Source: Octopus bimaculoides
Lineage: Eukaryota
Assembly: GCF_001194135.2 (NCBI RefSeq)
Contig: NC_068999.1
Location: 34,415,864-34,479,863 of the forward strand
Direction: 5' to 3'
DNA length: 64,000 nucleotides
Shown: positions 39,283 to 52,612 of the stretch, piece after piece
How positions within the stretch are numbered: the first letter of the stretch is position 1
How the letters are laid out: each line of letters starts with the position of its first letter
Position numbers and translations under genes: made by a program
The notes under the pieces: model-generated
Database searches by the model: none
Told to the model about the DNA's origin: nothing
Seen by the model: only the letters and a program-made list of their open reading frames with translations

Positions 39283-39868
39283 TGAAAGGGCGAAAGAAGA
39301 AGAAATCAAACTATAAATGAAAATAAAAACGAAAACGAGGAACGCATAGCAAAATCTTGTAGAGTAAAAATATATGTTACAGAATTAAGGACTTTTGTTG
39401 CTTTCTCTTCGCACCAATCTTCTCATTCCCTCCTCTCTCTCACCCCTCCTTTCTTTCTCTACTACAAAGAACACAATTATATTAAGATCAGATGAGTTCA
39501 TATGCTGTGTAGAAAAGACAGTACAACTTTACTTCTGATCTAAATCTCTTGAGGGACATATGTCTGAGTTTCCAAGTTATGGTAGAACCATTTTCACTAT
39601 CATTGCACTGCTTCACCAACCAAACTCACATCTCCAAACATTTCTGTTACGGTCTTATTATATTCCTCTTTCCGTGGTTGTTGTTATTATTAGTATTATT
39701 ATTGTTGTTGTTGTTGCTATTATTATTATTGTTGCTGCTATAAGTTTTATTTTGTTAGTTGTTTGTTTTATTTCACTTTTACATTTCTCTTGCATTATAT
39801 TTCTAAGACGAATGTATGTATGTGTACTAGTGTGGAAAGATTTGTGTGTGTGTGCGTGTGTGTGTGTG

Positions 39869-39981
<113 letters not shown>

Positions 39982-41019
39982 CTTATGTATGTATGTATGT
40001 ATATACACACACACACTATATATTTATATGTGTGCGTGTTTGTACACATACACGCGCTCACTCATATACATAGATAAACATATACAACCACAAGCATAGA
40101 CATATTGACGTACAAGAGTCAGGGAAAAGATAACACGCTACATTTAACAGAATCTAGTCACAATTTGTCAATGAACTTACTTATACTCCGAAAGAGAGAA
40201 AGAAAGGAAGACAGAAAGAGAGATAGAGAGTGGGGATGAACAAAGAGTGAAAGTTAAAGAATGAGAGAGAGAGAGAGAGAGAGGGGGAGAAAAAGAGTCT
40301 GAGACTGTGTATATGGCGTGTATGTACAATAATATATGAAAGAGAAAATATAAGCTGTATCTTATTCTCTGATTCAGAAGAAAATTTTGGCGAATCTTGA
40401 AAAGAAAACCATGAAATAATGTAAATAAAACTGAATATTTTAAGAAACAAAATAAAGTGAAGGTGTTAAGACAGTTTGCGAAACATAAAAACAATGACGT
40501 TCTACAATCTATAAGACACAGCTCTGTAGTACCAACGGTACTTTGAAATCTATCGCTGCAGGCATCATGTCTAATTAACGCGCGCGCGCTCACACACACA
40601 CTAACTGCTTACACGTATCAGCGTGTGTATTCATGTATGTATTTATATATATATATATNNNNNNNNNNNNNNNNNNNNNNNNNNNNNNNNNNNNNNNNNN
40701 NNNNNNNNNNNNNNNNNNNNNNNNNNNNNNNNNNNNNNNNNNNNNNNNNNNNNNNNNNNNNNNNNNNNNNNNNNNNNNNNNNNNNNNNNNNNNNNNNNNN
40801 NNNNNNNNNNNNNNNNNNNNNNNNNNNNNNNNNNNNNNNNNNNNNNNNNNNNNNNNNNNNNNNNNNNNNTATATATAAATAAATAAATATATATATATAT
40901 ACACACACACATAAATTTCATACATATGCATACATACACATATATTTACATATATATATATATATATATATTATATTCATACATATATATATATTCATAC
41001 GTATATATATTCATACATG

Positions 41020-41068
<49 letters not shown>

Positions 41069-41069
41069 G

Positions 41070-41115
<46 letters not shown>

Positions 41116-41869
41116 GAGGGAGTGAGGGAGAGAGAAGGGGACATAGATACATATATGCAAAACGTAATATATAAAGAGGTAACTACAAAGAGACCAAGTG
41201 GGTATGTATAAGGAGTAATCATAGCTATATTCCGAAAAATGGTAAATTTGATGTATGAAAAAGTAAAAGTAAAAAAAATAAACTAAACCAAAAACAAAAA
41301 GACCAAGAAATTGTGTGTACGGCAGCAGACTAGCTTTTAAAGACTGGAAGCTATTAAACTGCTGCCTTAGTGAAGAATATTAAAGAATCTGGTAAATCTT
41401 TGCTGGTAGATGGCTTTAAAGAACATCTCCATCTTCATCACATATATGTGTATATACAAGTGTGTGTGTGTGTGTGTGTGTGTTTATGCAACACCGCTTA
41501 AGCTAGACTGAGGGGCATAAAAGAAAAATGTATATTCTGTTAATATATTCTTCAAAAAACGACGTTCCGTTCCATTTAACTGTACACACACACACAAGCA
41601 TGCACACACACGCACAAATATATACAGGACCCACGAGCAAGTCTAGTGTGTAACTGTATGCAAATTATGTATGTTTATGTATCTGGGCATGTATGTAAGT
41701 CTGTGTGTGCTTACTCACACACACACACATCAGTATGTAAACACACAATGAGGATGTTTTTGTGATTTTACGTTCGAAGCCATTAAAATGTTCAATGTGC
41801 ACTTGTGGAGTATAAAATGAACAACGCAGTGACACACACGCAAATATATACACACACACGTATATGTAT

Positions 41870-41913
<44 letters not shown>

Positions 41914-43484
41914 TATATATACGCATAAATACACGTGTGTGTATACACATATATATATATATATATATGTGTGCATATATATATATATATATATATGATT
42001 ACCCACCACATTACATTCGTTTATGTTATTAGCAATAACATTAACAACAACAAGAGCAACAACATCGGCGTGAAGAAATAAAATGGCGACGGAAGCTAGT
42101 GAATGTATTTGAATGGCAGCCGACTGAATCGCTTGACAAGATGGCTTCGACCAGGCTCCGCTCTTTCGTTCTGCAGAATCAATTACATGCTACAGTTCAA
42201 GGTGAGAGCGGCATCCTTTGATGCTGTATCGGGTATCACACCAATGAGACATTGTTCTTAATGGAATAACTAAAAAACTACTACTACTACTACTACTACT
42301 ACGACTACTACTGATGAATTTAGTGTAGTGTAGGCAGCGAAAGTAATAACTGTGAGAACAAGAATTTCTATAACAACGACGACGACGATGACAACAATAT
42401 TACCAGAATCTCAGACAAGAAAAGTGCTGTTAACAGAGAACAACCGCAACAGTTGCTGCTGCTGCTGCTGCTGCTACCTCATCCTTATTCTCTTCATGTT
42501 CTTCTGCCCCATCATCATCATCGTCGTCTTCATCACCACTACCACCATCACCAATGTCGTCGTCATCATCATCATCAGCAGCAGCAGTAGTAAGAGTATA
42601 AGCAAACTGTTCCAATAGTTAATAATAACATCAATCCTTCAGCAGTATCCTTCTTTGCCTTTTCCTTCTTGTCGTTACCCTTCTGATCTCCATTTCCTTC
42701 AGTATCAGCAACAGTAAAAACAATAAAGGTGATAAATACAACCAGACGAACAAAAATAGCTACTACTCCAACAATGACAACTACATCAGCTATCAGCAAC
42801 AACATCATCCGAATCGAAGAACGCCAGCCATCTACCAATAGCAGCTAAACTTCCCTCAAATCACAAACTACCGACACAAAAAATGGGAGGGGCATTATAT
42901 AATGTAATCCTAGATTCTAGACGGAATTGGGCATGGTTTGAACGCTCTTTATCATATGTTTCGTAGATCACTGCTGCTCTTTGGCTAAGCTATACATCAT
43001 TAAAATACGCCAAAGCAGTCAGTAATAAATAGCAGCATCACCACCACTACTAAAAAAGCTACTGCTGCTACTACTACTATTACTACTACTACTGCTGGCC
43101 AAAGACGTAAATGAATAAAAAAAAAATCGAAAGATAAAACAACAAACACAAATGCTCCTTGGATTACAACCCTTTGTTGTTGCAAAGGGTGCAGTGTTAT
43201 TAGTATTACAATTGTTGTTGTTGCTGATGATGATGATGACGATGGTGGTACGGCAATGGTGTTGGTAGTAATGGAGGAAAAGGATGCTCTCTGTGTCTTT
43301 ACCATGTTTACAAATACACATGGTAGCACAAAGTAAATAAGAGACATTACTGATAAAATTGTTAAAAAAAAATGTATACGTAAGTTGTTTTTTGTTGTTT
43401 TTATATTGGTTCTTTGTACCCTCGTCTTTCTTTGTGCGCATGTGGTTTTCCGGGTTTTGTATGTATACATAATACACACACACA

Positions 43485-44474
43485 NNNNNNNNNNNNNNNN
43501 NNNNNNNNNNNNNNNNNNNNNNNNNNNNNNNNNNNNNNNNNNNNNNNNNNNNNNNNNNNNNNNNNNNNNNNNNNNNNNNNNNNNNNNNNNNNNNNNNNNN
43601 NNNNNNNNNNNNNNNNNNNNNNNNNNNNNNNNNNNNNNNNNNNNNNNNNNNNNNNNNNNNNNNNNNNNNNNNNNNNNNNNNNNNNNNNNNNNNNNNNNNN
43701 NNNNNNNNNNNNNNNNNNNNNNNNNNNNNNNNNNNNNNNNNNNNNNNNNNNNNNNNNNNNNNNNNNNNNNNNNNNNNNNNNNNNNNNNNNNNNNNNNNNN
43801 NNNNNNNNNNNNNNNNNNNNNNNNNNNNNNNNNNNNNNNNNNNNNNNNNNNNNNNNNNNNNNNNNNNNNNNNNNNNNNNNNNNNNNNNNNNNNNNNNNNN
43901 NNNNNNNNNNNNNNNNNNNNNNNNNNNNNNNNNNNNNNNNNNNNNNNNNNNNNNNNNNNNNNNNNNNNNNNNNNNNNNNNNNNNNNNNNNNNNNNNNNNN
44001 NNNNNNNNNNNNNNNNNNNNNNNNNNNNNNNNNNNNNNNNNNNNNNNNNNNNNNNNNNNNNNNNNNNNNNNNNNNNNNNNNNNNNNNNNNNNNNNNNNNN
44101 NNNNNNNNNNNNNNNNNNNNNNNNNNNNNNNNNNNNNNNNNNNNNNNNNNNNNNNNNNNNNNNNNNNNNNNNNNNNNNNNNNNNNNNNNNNNNNNNNNNN
44201 NNNNNNNNNNNNNNNNNNNNNNNNNNNNNNNNNNNNNNNNNNNNNNNNNNNNNNNNNNNNNNNNNNNNNNNNNNNNNNNNNNNNNNNNNNNNNNNNNNNN
44301 NNNNNNNNNNNNNNNNNNNNNNNNNNNNNNNNNNNNNNNNNNNNNNNNNNNNNNNNNNNNNNNNNNNNNNNNNNNNNNNNNNNNNNNNNNNNNNNNNNNN
44401 NNNNNNNNNNNNNNNNNNNNNNNNNNNNNNNNNNNNNNNNNNNNNNNNNNNNNNNNNNNNNNNNNNNNNNNNNN
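43485..44474. other. Largest assembly gap (990 N)
   Basis: N-run flanked by (CA)n and (TA)n. The other gaps are at about 5244, 9330, 20362, 26217, 27998, 31332, 33265, 40659, 51041 and 52228, almost all flanked by microsatellites. Confidence 0.99.
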
Positions 44475-44508
<34 letters not shown>

Positions 44509-45489
44509 TGTTATTATGAACCAATAATTTATAGATTATGTTCGTGCTTTTTACCAAATGTAGTACCCGGGGAAGAAAGTGCATCGTAACATTAACAACC
44601 AGGAATTGAAACCGGGTCGCAAAATCGACTTGCCCCGCCTTGACAAGTTTATTTATTTATTTATTTTGTTTTTACGTTCCTACCCTTTGGTGTATAAAGA
44701 ACACCTGACTCTTCACTATTGCCTGTCAATCTATCTTTGACCTTTACATATATCTGGCTAAACAAATAGAAACATAAGAGCCCTCCCCTTCCATCTTATC
44801 CCTCCTCATGCTCTCTCTCTCTCTCTCTCTCACTCATTTCTGTCACATTGAAAATTGACTCACATCTTTGATAAGGGGGAAACTAACTTCAACATTGCAC
44901 GTGTTTAGATAGTACATTTTTTACCTGTGTAAACATGGCTGTTATCATAATGAATGATAGAGACGTATGTGTGAGTGTTACTAGCTGTGTACATGTGTAA
45001 GCGCGCGCATGGGTTTGTATGTGCGAGCGTTTGCGAGTGCGTGCATGTATTCAAACATATCTTTGTGTCCCTGTGTGTACAAATCTTCTCAGGCAACACA
45101 GTTATGATGGTTTCACTTCACTTCCCTCTCCAACCCATCTCCTTTCAAGGTAGCTAATAATTATTATTGACAAAGTCGCATCACCGAACATTTCGCCATT
45201 GGATTCAGTTGTTTCATATACATGACAAATAAACTCCGTTCATTCATTATCTTCAAGCCTCCTTTAATAACAGTTTGTGACTCGTGAAGTCAAATGAATA
45301 AATAAATAAATAAATAAATAATCTTCTTTCATTTGCATTATTTTCCCTTTCAGAACTCAAAGAAAACATCACGAGTGAGAAATTAGAGCCGTCAATTTTT
45401 TTCCAGTGTGTGTGTGTGTGTGAACGTGAACAGGAAAAATATTCCGGTGGAGCGATGTTCAGGGGAAAAAACATCTAGAGAGGTATGAG

Positions 45490-46385
45490 TATGAGGGTTA
45501 AATAAGAGATGAAGGGGTTTGATGCACTAAGAGCAACAAAAAGTAGAAAGACGAGGAGGTCGGGGTACCCTAATCAGGGAGATACAAGAGCAGCCAGCTT
45601 CGAGAAGCAGAGACATTAAGATCCACAGAGAGATGACAATACATTTGCAGACGTAGTCTGGGATGTCTGTGTGCATAGCATCAGCACTCGACTGTGGATC
45701 TCCCTTGAGCTTTGTACAATGTTGGGAGCTGAATTTTTTCTGACCCTGAAGAGAAGGCAAGACTTTGAGATATGAGCGTAGCTAATATAAAATATGTTTT
45801 TCGCGAGAGAAAATCATCTATAATAGTGAGGCCTTAGGATTTGAAGTGACCGCGAGGGCTCTAGTTGAATGCCATTCATGTATTGCAGGCATGTGGTAGT
45901 ATTGTTTGGATAAGTAGTGCTTGAGTTTTTTACTGTTAGAAGAAACAAGACTCACTGAAATATGCTCCCAGAGTTTCTATTTATGGAAACTCAATACATA
46001 ATTTGAGTTAAGTGTTTAGAATGCATGCGGAGGGGAACTTTAGGGAGGCGGAATCAAAGTTCATGTCATCTGCATGAACGAGGGTGTTGTTGGATGCGGT
46101 GGTATGAAGGTCATTCATGTATAGAGAAAAGCGAGTGGAAGAACGCCAAAGTAAATTGTCAGAAAGAGCTCCGTCAACACATTCCGCAATACTGTGATCA
46201 GATAGGAAGCTACTGATCAAAAGGATGCTATAATCATTTCATTTTGATACCAGACATGGCCGAAGGATTTGTTGATGCTTATAGCAAAGCATTGTTTTCA
46301 CCTAACTTCTCTACAGTGAGAGGCCACCAGTGAGAAAAGAAACAAGGTCACCAGTAAACCAGGCTCTGCGGAAGACATACAGGTG
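45490..46385 (-). mobile_element. Decayed Jockey/CR1-group LINE reverse transcriptase fragment
   Basis: Frameshifted minus-strand motifs: GDLVSFLT, FAISINKSFGHVWY (cf. ALDISKAFDRVWH), FSLYMNDL and TLVHADD (cf. LF.LYINDL...YADD), MNGIQLEPSRSLQIL, and CLLFRVRK. Confidence 0.8.
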
Positions 46386-46749
46386 GTCACTAAAGAGAGA
46401 GATTGAAGGTATTGAAGAAAGCCAATGTTAATAAAGGTGGCATCACGTGGTTCATTCGACCTGTTAGAAATAGCAGTCAGTCTCCTTCAAATCACATTTT
46501 ATCGTCTTTAGAAAAAGGAGACGTGAAACTAGATTTATATTAAGTCACACATTACCACTTCATTCTGAACACCACCACTAGATGTACACTCACACATGAA
46601 CACCACCACCAACATCGTCATCTATATATGAACCAGATCAGTAACGCTACAAGATAAGAACCAACAAGGAAGTCTCAGAAGAGAACGCTATCAAACTCAC
46701 CATTCAATTGAGGCACCTATGATACTGCGAAAAAGTTAGTCACCACGAC

Positions 46750-47300
46750 ATCCGTCACTATACAAGATGGTCAGTGTTACCACCGCCATCACCGAAGCAA
46801 CAACGCAATCACCACTACTACACAATGCAAGGCGGTATTATGTACCCGGGGTACAACCATAAGTATCACAGCCACCCTACACTATAGGGGATGGTAGTAT
46901 GTGAAAATGGTGCAATAACTAGAACAAGAACTGCCATCATTACACTACAGAACAGTCATGGGTACGTTGCAGCCTGCGGGACTTTTTGAATGGCACACGT
47001 AACGAAAAATAGCCTTGCGTTTTTTCTAGAAACATGAAGAACCTATATGATCAGCCATATCTCATGAGGCCCACATCTCGATAAAGTTCGCCCATTACTG
47101 CTTATAAAAGGTGATCCTATATGAAGTTAGCTGCACTACTATGGTCACTGCAACTACTACTACACTATACAAGATGGCAGTATGTGAAGCCAGTACATAA
47201 ACCACCATCCCCATCATCGCTACCGCCACTGCTATATAGATACCGCAATCACTCCCACCACCACTACATTATACAAGGTGGTAACATGTGAAACCAGTGC
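46750..47300. repeat. Degenerate tandem array with a period of about 61 bp
   Basis: Motif approximately CTACACTATACAAGATGGTAGTATGTGAA at about 46756, 46818, 46878, 46940, 47160 and 47264, separated by CAC-rich linkers. Confidence 0.65.
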
Positions 47301-47763
47301 TGTCAGCCACAGATTATTTACATAGCACCACGCTTCACTTGGCAAGCACACCGAGTGTATCGGAACTGAAGCGTAACGAAATACAACACCACAGATATCT
47401 ACTCTCCCTTTGTCTCTCACCCTACACATAAACATGCAGATCTATACCCGTATACACACACACACACTTGTACAACTCAAATATTTCAATTAACACCCTG
47501 CCATTATAATAACCTGAGGATATATTTATCAGAGATATATCTATTTGTATATTTTTCAGCCCCCTATGCCAGTGTATCACCAAGTAATGTACCTACCTGT
47601 CTAGCCAAAAATCTGTCTAGTTATCAATTCATCTATCTATCTATCTATCTATCTAATCTCTTAGTCTATGCCTCAATAATTTCACATTGTCATATAACAT
47701 AATCGTACGTACAACTCGTTCGTTTTTCACGTACACGTGTCTACGTATGCCAGTATTATATAT

Positions 47764-47800
<37 letters not shown>

Positions 47801-47979
47801 GCACATACATACACACCTACAAATGTAGACAAGCGAATATAATTTACTGAGGTACTCACACACGTATATATATTGTTTCTGTATATACCTAGCTATTGAC
47901 AATCTGTCCGTAAGTGTATACAAGTCAATATATTCGCCGCATTCAGCAAAAATAAATACAAATATAACGATAATAGTTT

Positions 47980-49085
47980 CTAAATTTGAAACAAGGTCAC
48001 ACATTTGCCTCTATCGATTTAATGAATTTTAGTACTTGATTGATATATATTTTATCGATCTCAGCACGATGAAACGTTAAATAAACTTCTGCGCGTACTG
48101 ACCTAATAATTAATTATTACTGAGCTGATAGAATTGTTAGAGTGTCAGACAAAATACGTAGTAGTATTTCTTCCGGTTTTTTGCATTCCGTGTTAAAATT
48201 CCGCCAAGGTCTTCATCCTTTCATGGTCAATGAAATAAGTACCAGTTGGGCATAGGGGTCGATATAATCGATTTTTCTCTCCCCTCGAAGTCGTTGGCCT
48301 TGTGCCAGAATTAGAGTTATTGTTAAGGTGGCTTGCTAACAGAATCGTTTGCGCGCCGGACAAAATGCATTGCGATTTTTCCTTCTGGCTCTTTATGTTC
48401 TGAGTTCAAGTCCCACTGAGGTCAATTTTGCCTTTCACTCTTTTGGGGGTCGATAAAATAAGTACCAGTTGATTGCTGTGGTCAATGCAATCGACTATAC
48501 CCCTCCCCCAAATTTCAGACCTTGTGCCTATAATAGAAAGGGTTTTTATTACTGTTGTCATTATTGTTGTAATTGTTGTTATTATTATTATTATTATTAT
48601 TAAGGCGGTGTGCTGGCAGAATCGATAGCACGCTTAGCGGCATTTCGTCCGTCTTTACGTTTCGAGTTCAAATTCCACCGAGGTCGACTTTGCTTTTCAT
48701 CCTTTCGGGGTCGATAAATTATTAGATATCGGTAAAACAGTGGGGTCGATGTAATCAACTAGTCCTCTCTCCACCAAATGTCAGGCCCTGTGTCTTCAGT
48801 AGAAAGGATATGGCTTCATTTTAGTGAGCAATACTTGATTAACTAAATCGAATCCAGTACTTCTACTAACAGGTGAAAATTAGTGTTGACTGCGACGGTC
48901 TTTGAACCGATAAACGATCTTGACACAAGGCCAGCAATTTCGAGGGAACGGGTAAATCGATTACATCGAAGCCAGTGTTCAACTGGTAATTATTTTATCG
49001 AAAGAATGAAAGGCAGAGTTGACACCGACGGCGTTCGAACCCAGAGTATAATGACGGACAGAATGCCAGTAAACATTTAGCACGA
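47980..49085. mobile_element. Cluster of five SINE family A copies (-,+,+,+,-)
   Basis: Copies at about 47980-48090 (-), 48117-48320 (+), 48322-48600 (+, (ATT)n tail), 48601-48810 (+) and 48925-49085 (-). Confidence 0.85.
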
Positions 49086-49384
49086 CGTAGGCGAAAAACA
49101 ATATTGAAAGACAGCTTTATGTCATTGCTTCTTGTTCTCACCTTGCCATACCTAGATATATAAGTGTCTTTTTTTTTTTTTGCAGTCCTCTTTTTTCCAT
49201 TTTTTAATAGAAATATTTAGGATAGAGTAAAATATTAGATTTAGGAAAATATGCTAAAAGATCCGCGCGTGTATGTGTGTGTAATTCATTCATCTAGAAA
49301 TTTCATTCTCAGCACCCGTTAGATTACTTATGCGGGTTACAACATGTGTGTGTGTATGTGTGTGTGTGTGTGTATTTATTTATT

Positions 49385-49512
49385 TGTTTGTTTCAGTCAT
49401 ATGACTGCGGCCATGCCCGAAGATTGCCTTTAGCCGACCCCAGAACTTGTCATGCGATGGTGAGGGTGGAAAACACAGACACAAAGACACACACACAAAT
49501 ATATTATATGTA

Positions 49513-49570
<58 letters not shown>

Positions 49571-49960
49571 TGTATGTATATATATGTGACGGGCTTTCAG
49601 TTTCCGCCTACTAAATTCACTCACAAAGCTTTGGTCAAAGACTAGTAGAAGATACCTGGCCAAGGTGTCACGCAGTGAGACTGAACCCGGACCCATGTGG
49701 TTGGGAGGCAAGCTTCTTACCACACAAAATACATACATAATACACATATATGAGTATGTGTGTGTTTTCTTTGTCCTCCACTACTGTTTAAAATTGCTGT
49801 CTGTTTATATCTCCGTAACATAGCGGTTCGGCAAAGGCAATTGATAGTATAAAAACCAGACTTAAAGAAATGTCCTGGGGTCGATTCTTTCAAGTAAAAC
49901 CCTCCAAGTTAGTGCTCCAGCATGGCCGCAGCCTAACGACTGAAACAAGTAGAAGATACA
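49385..49960. mobile_element. Two SINE family B pieces in opposite orientation
   Basis: A minus copy with internal deletion at about 49385-49725 and a plus 3' half at about 49770-49960. Confidence 0.8.
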
Positions 49961-50537
49961 AAAAATGATACTATATATATATATATATATATATATTGCA
50001 CATACATTTTTATGTATACACATTTTTATGTATGATATATATAAGTATATGCATGTGTGTGTATACACACATGTACTCGTATATTTAATATTTGTGTTGA
50101 CGAACGTGATATAATAACCATGTAAGTTTTCCTGTTGATATGTGCCTACCATTATTGCAAAAAAATATACACATACATACCTTTATTATAAAAGCTTCTA
50201 CACACGTGTGTATGTGAAGATGTATATATTTATTTACATTGTGTGTGTGTATGTATGTGCGTTTACATTACACACCTATATATAGCTATTCTGGTATTTA
50301 ACTCCAACAGATGTTTTACAAATGTCGAACTTATCATACAGCATAACATCCATTCAAATAGACATACATGCGCCCCAGCGCTTTCATGTTTCAACATACA
50401 TAAAACATACACAAAGGTAAATAAATGATAGGGTCATATACGAATGTGAAGAGAAATGTTAGATATATAGGTATATAATCTATTGTAGCTAGCCATACTG
50501 GGGTACTACTTAAATTGAACAAATCAAGAAAGATACT

Positions 50538-50593
<56 letters not shown>

Positions 50594-50669
50594 ATATATA
50601 TATTGCCATTTTAAATTGAACAAATCAAGAAAGATACTAATTATACACACACTGCCATTTTTTAATAAT

Positions 50670-50708
<39 letters not shown>

Positions 50709-50821
50709 GATGGATAGATAAGTAGATCCAACATAAAAACAGGACGTTAAATGATGATACCTTTAATTACGTGTGTGTGTGTGTGTGTATATATATATAT
50801 TTATATGCGTGTGTATATATC

Positions 50822-51000
50822 TTTTATTCTCTTTTACTTGTTTCAGTCTTTTGACTGTGGCCATGCTGGAGCACCGCCAGGACTTATTCTTTGGAAGCCT
50901 AGTACTTATTCTATCGGTCTCTTTTGCCGAACCGCTAAGTTACGGGGACATAAACACACCAGCATCGGTTGTCAAGCGATGTTGGGGGGACAAACACAGA
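50822..51000 (-). mobile_element. SINE family B 3' half; internal microsatellite runs into a gap
   Basis: TTTTACTTGTTTCAGTC...GGCCATGCTGGAGCACCGCC...CCGAACCGCTAAGTTACGGGGACATAAACACACCAGCATCGGTTGTCAAGCG. Confidence 0.9.
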
Positions 51001-51233
51001 CATACAAACACATACACACATACATATATATATATATATANNNNNNNNNNNNNNNNNNNNNNNNNNNNNNNNNNNNNNNNNNNNNNNNNNNNNNNNNNNN
51101 NNNNNNNNNNNNNNNNNNNNNNNNNNNNNNNNNNNNNNNNNNNNNNNNNNNNNNNNNNNNNNNNNNNNNNNNNNNNNNNNNNNNNNNNNNNNNNNNNNNN
51201 NNNNNNNNNNNNNNNNNNNNNCTACGCCTATTG

Positions 51234-51265
<32 letters not shown>

Positions 51266-51270
51266 TATAC

Positions 51271-51335
<65 letters not shown>

Positions 51336-51496
51336 CACGCGCACATACATATACGTGCTAAAAGATGTATACAAACAGAGTGAATGAATGTGAAGATTTA
51401 CAGATATCCGAGTGTATCTTTAAAAAACGAACCGGAGCTTAGCAGACACTTCGCGGAGTTATAACGGCTGTAATGGTGGTGGTCGTGATAATGATG

Positions 51497-51536
<40 letters not shown>

Positions 51537-52194
51537 AGCGATTTAGTAGCTAACGATGGATGTTAAGAAAGATATTCATGTGTAACAGTGAAGGCGCCGC
51601 TGTCGTCACCCGGCACCAACATCAACACCAGCACGCATGGCATGACATGCGCCTGCGCTCTACTGTACTATAATAGTTGCATCAGCGACGGTGGCAGAGG
51701 TGGTGACGCAGTCCGTTAAGGTTTGGCGGTGAAACTGTCAACAGCAATTAGAAAGGAAGCGAAAGCAGCTGAATGTTATTCACACTTCACGTATATATAT
51801 ATATATGCATATATACATATATATATGCATGAAAATTTCGTGGATGTAGAGAAATGATGGCAGCGGTAGTTGTGTTATTGTGGGTGGAATTTAAGTCAAG
51901 GTAGGTGTGGTTGATCATCAGTGGGATTGGCGGCGTGTGATAGGAGTGGAATGAATGATGGAAGTGGTATTTTTCTACTAATTCATATAAATATATACAT
52001 ACACACACATATATATATATATATATATGGGATGGGTGTTGATTTTAGGTACGTATAAAAAATGTAATCCTGTTTATAATTCTATTAGCTTAGAAGCAAC
52101 GCGAGTTGAAGGACTCAGAATTTCAAGACACTCTATCTATTACTCTATCAACTATGCATCTACCATCTATTTCTCTCTCTCTCTCTCTCTCGCT

Positions 52195-52227
<33 letters not shown>

Positions 52228-52568
52228 NNNNNNNNNNNNNNNNNNNNNNNNNNNNNNNNNNNNNNNNNNNNNNNNNNNNNNNNNNNNNNNNNNNNNNNNN
52301 NNNNNNNNNNNNNNNNNNNNNNNNNNNNNNNNNNNNNNNNNNNNNNNNNNNNNNNNNNGTTGTTTTCTTTTCTTTAAATTAACAAATTTTATTAGAAGAA
52401 ATGTCAGACAAGCAAATCCAACACTCAGTTTTCGGTGGAAGGAAAACAGTCTTATTAATAATAATTATTTCTTACACAATACATACATACAGCGAAGAAC
52501 GAAAGTACATACCATTATATATATATATATATTTATATTTCGTTTTTATGGATTAACTATATATATAT

Positions 52569-52612
<44 letters not shown>

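Noticed and set aside
41321-41366. GGCAGCAG...CTGCTGCC stem-loop
   Set aside because: About 46 nt with bulges, too short for a pre-miRNA, and no recognisable mature sequence.
42430-42615. Acidic D/E-rich minus ORF as a possible Zic N-terminus
   Set aside because: Derived from (CAT)/(GCT) microsatellite mosaics; it has no ZOC or ZF motifs.
46750-47300. CRISPR-like repeat-spacer appearance
   Set aside because: Eukaryotic context, non-identical repeats, related linkers and no cas genes.
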